Below are positions 63,230 to 64,000 of a stretch of 64,000 bases of DNA, piece after piece. Position 1 is the stretch's first letter; every line of letters begins with the position of its first letter. The position numbers and the translations under genes are program-made. Below the pieces are notes generated by a model. The model saw only the letters and a list, made by a program, of their open reading frames with translations, did not search any database and was not told the origin of the DNA. This DNA is from Candidatus Poseidoniales archaeon (GTDB lineage: Archaea > Thermoplasmatota > Poseidoniia > Poseidoniales > Poseidoniaceae): positions 1,414-65,413 of the forward strand of contig QXYA01000095.1 of the NCBI GenBank assembly GCA_009887135.1. The letters run 5' to 3'.

Positions 63230-63931
63230 ATGGACGAGGAAGCACAAGCTACTGCAGCAAGGCTAGTACGTCGACTCAAAGGCGGCTACACCGTCACAAT
63301 TGCAGAATCCTGTACGGGCGGTTTACTCGCGAGCACCCTCACCGATATTGCTGGTGCAAGTGCATGGTTTAACCAGTCATGGGTCACATATTCATACGAG
63401 GCTAAAATTCAGGAACTGAATGTTAGTCGAGAATTGCTCGAAAAGAAAGGAGCAGTTTCAGCAGAGGTCGCAATTCAAATGGCTCAAGGAGCACTTGCCC
63501 GTGCAAATGCCGACATTGCTATTTCAATAACAGGAATTGCAGGTCCAGGAAATGATGGTACCTCAAAGAAAGTTGGTTATGTGTATGTTGGCATTGCATC
63601 AAAGACATGGGCAATAGCAGAAGCGACTCAAATCGGTGGAAACCGTCAGGAAAACAAAGAAGGATTTGTGCACTTCGCTTTGCTCACTGCAATCAGACAT
63701 TGGGATCAAGCGATGGAGTTAGCAGAAGAGAACAGATTGAAAGATCTTGAAGAACGTGAAACGAAAGCTCGGGAAAATGCTCTTGCCGAAATTGAACGCA
63801 ACAAACGGGCAGCAGCTGCTGCGCAAGAAACCGCTTGGCAATCTCAAACATGGTCTGAAAAAAATCGAGATACTGAAGGCAAGGATATGGGAATTGACGT
63901 CCACTGGGACGATGAATCACAAGAAGATTGA
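63230..63931 (+). CDS. CinA C-terminal domain / NMN deamidase (PncC-like) with coiled-coil tail
   Basis: AESCTGG, GASAWF, VTYSYEAK, GAVSAEVAIQMA, ITGIAGPG. Confidence 0.9.
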   Translation: MDEEAQATAARLVRRLKGGYTVTIAESCTGGLLASTLTDIAGASAWFNQSWVTYSYEAKIQELNVSRELLEKKGAVSAEVAIQMAQGALARANADIAISITGIAGPGNDGTSKKVGYVYVGIASKTWAIAEATQIGGNRQENKEGFVHFALLTAIRHWDQAMELAEENRLKDLEERETKARENALAEIERNKRAAAAAQETAWQSQTWSEKNRDTEGKDMGIDVHWDDESQED

Positions 63932-64000
63932 ACATCAACCCTTTTGGAGGGTCGACCCCTCTAAGCAAATATGTCTGCGGAGTGGGGGTCGATTTCGCAG

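Noticed and set aside
1315-63968. Numerous 60-170 aa antisense or alternate-frame ORFs in the track
   Set aside because: They lie inside well-supported genes and show no recognisable motifs; treated as shadow ORFs
63077-64000. tRNA-Val as an integration site, and the TCGACCCC/GGGGTCGA inverted repeat at the window end
   Set aside because: No integrase or duplicated tRNA 3' end seen; the terminal repeat is too close to the edge and may lie in a truncated gene

Overview
Gene-dense archaeal chromosomal window, most consistent with Marine Group II Euryarchaeota (Ca. Poseidoniales, Thermoplasmatota). The archaeal assignment rests on TFB, L40e, LonB, RFC-S, GatD, Pelota, TrmI and an intron-containing tRNA-Met. 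The MGII assignment is an inference from the bacterial-type metabolic genes and the giant single-pass surface proteins with acidic, Trp-rich tails. No mobile element or CRISPR array is visible. Highlights: (1) an apparent aminoaromatic ring-cleavage locus at ~20.2-31.4 kb, with 2-aminophenol 1,6-dioxygenase beta and alpha subunits (alpha fused to a RidA/2-aminomuconate deaminase domain), a 2-aminomuconate-semialdehyde-type dehydrogenase translationally coupled to a luciferase-like monooxygenase and an altered class-3 asparaginase, plus an SDR, a formamidase-like hydrolase and an EF-hand-bearing amino-acid permease; (2) a membrane-anchored nuclease with vertebrate DNase I motifs; (3) a GH1 glycosidase-nucleotidyltransferase fusion facing a galactokinase; (4) five large surface proteins (865-3060 aa) with varied cytoplasmic tails; (5) several apparently degenerate enzymes; (6) a shared TTTCAC-repeat upstream element at two loci. 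All calls come from motif recognition by eye; no database searches were run.
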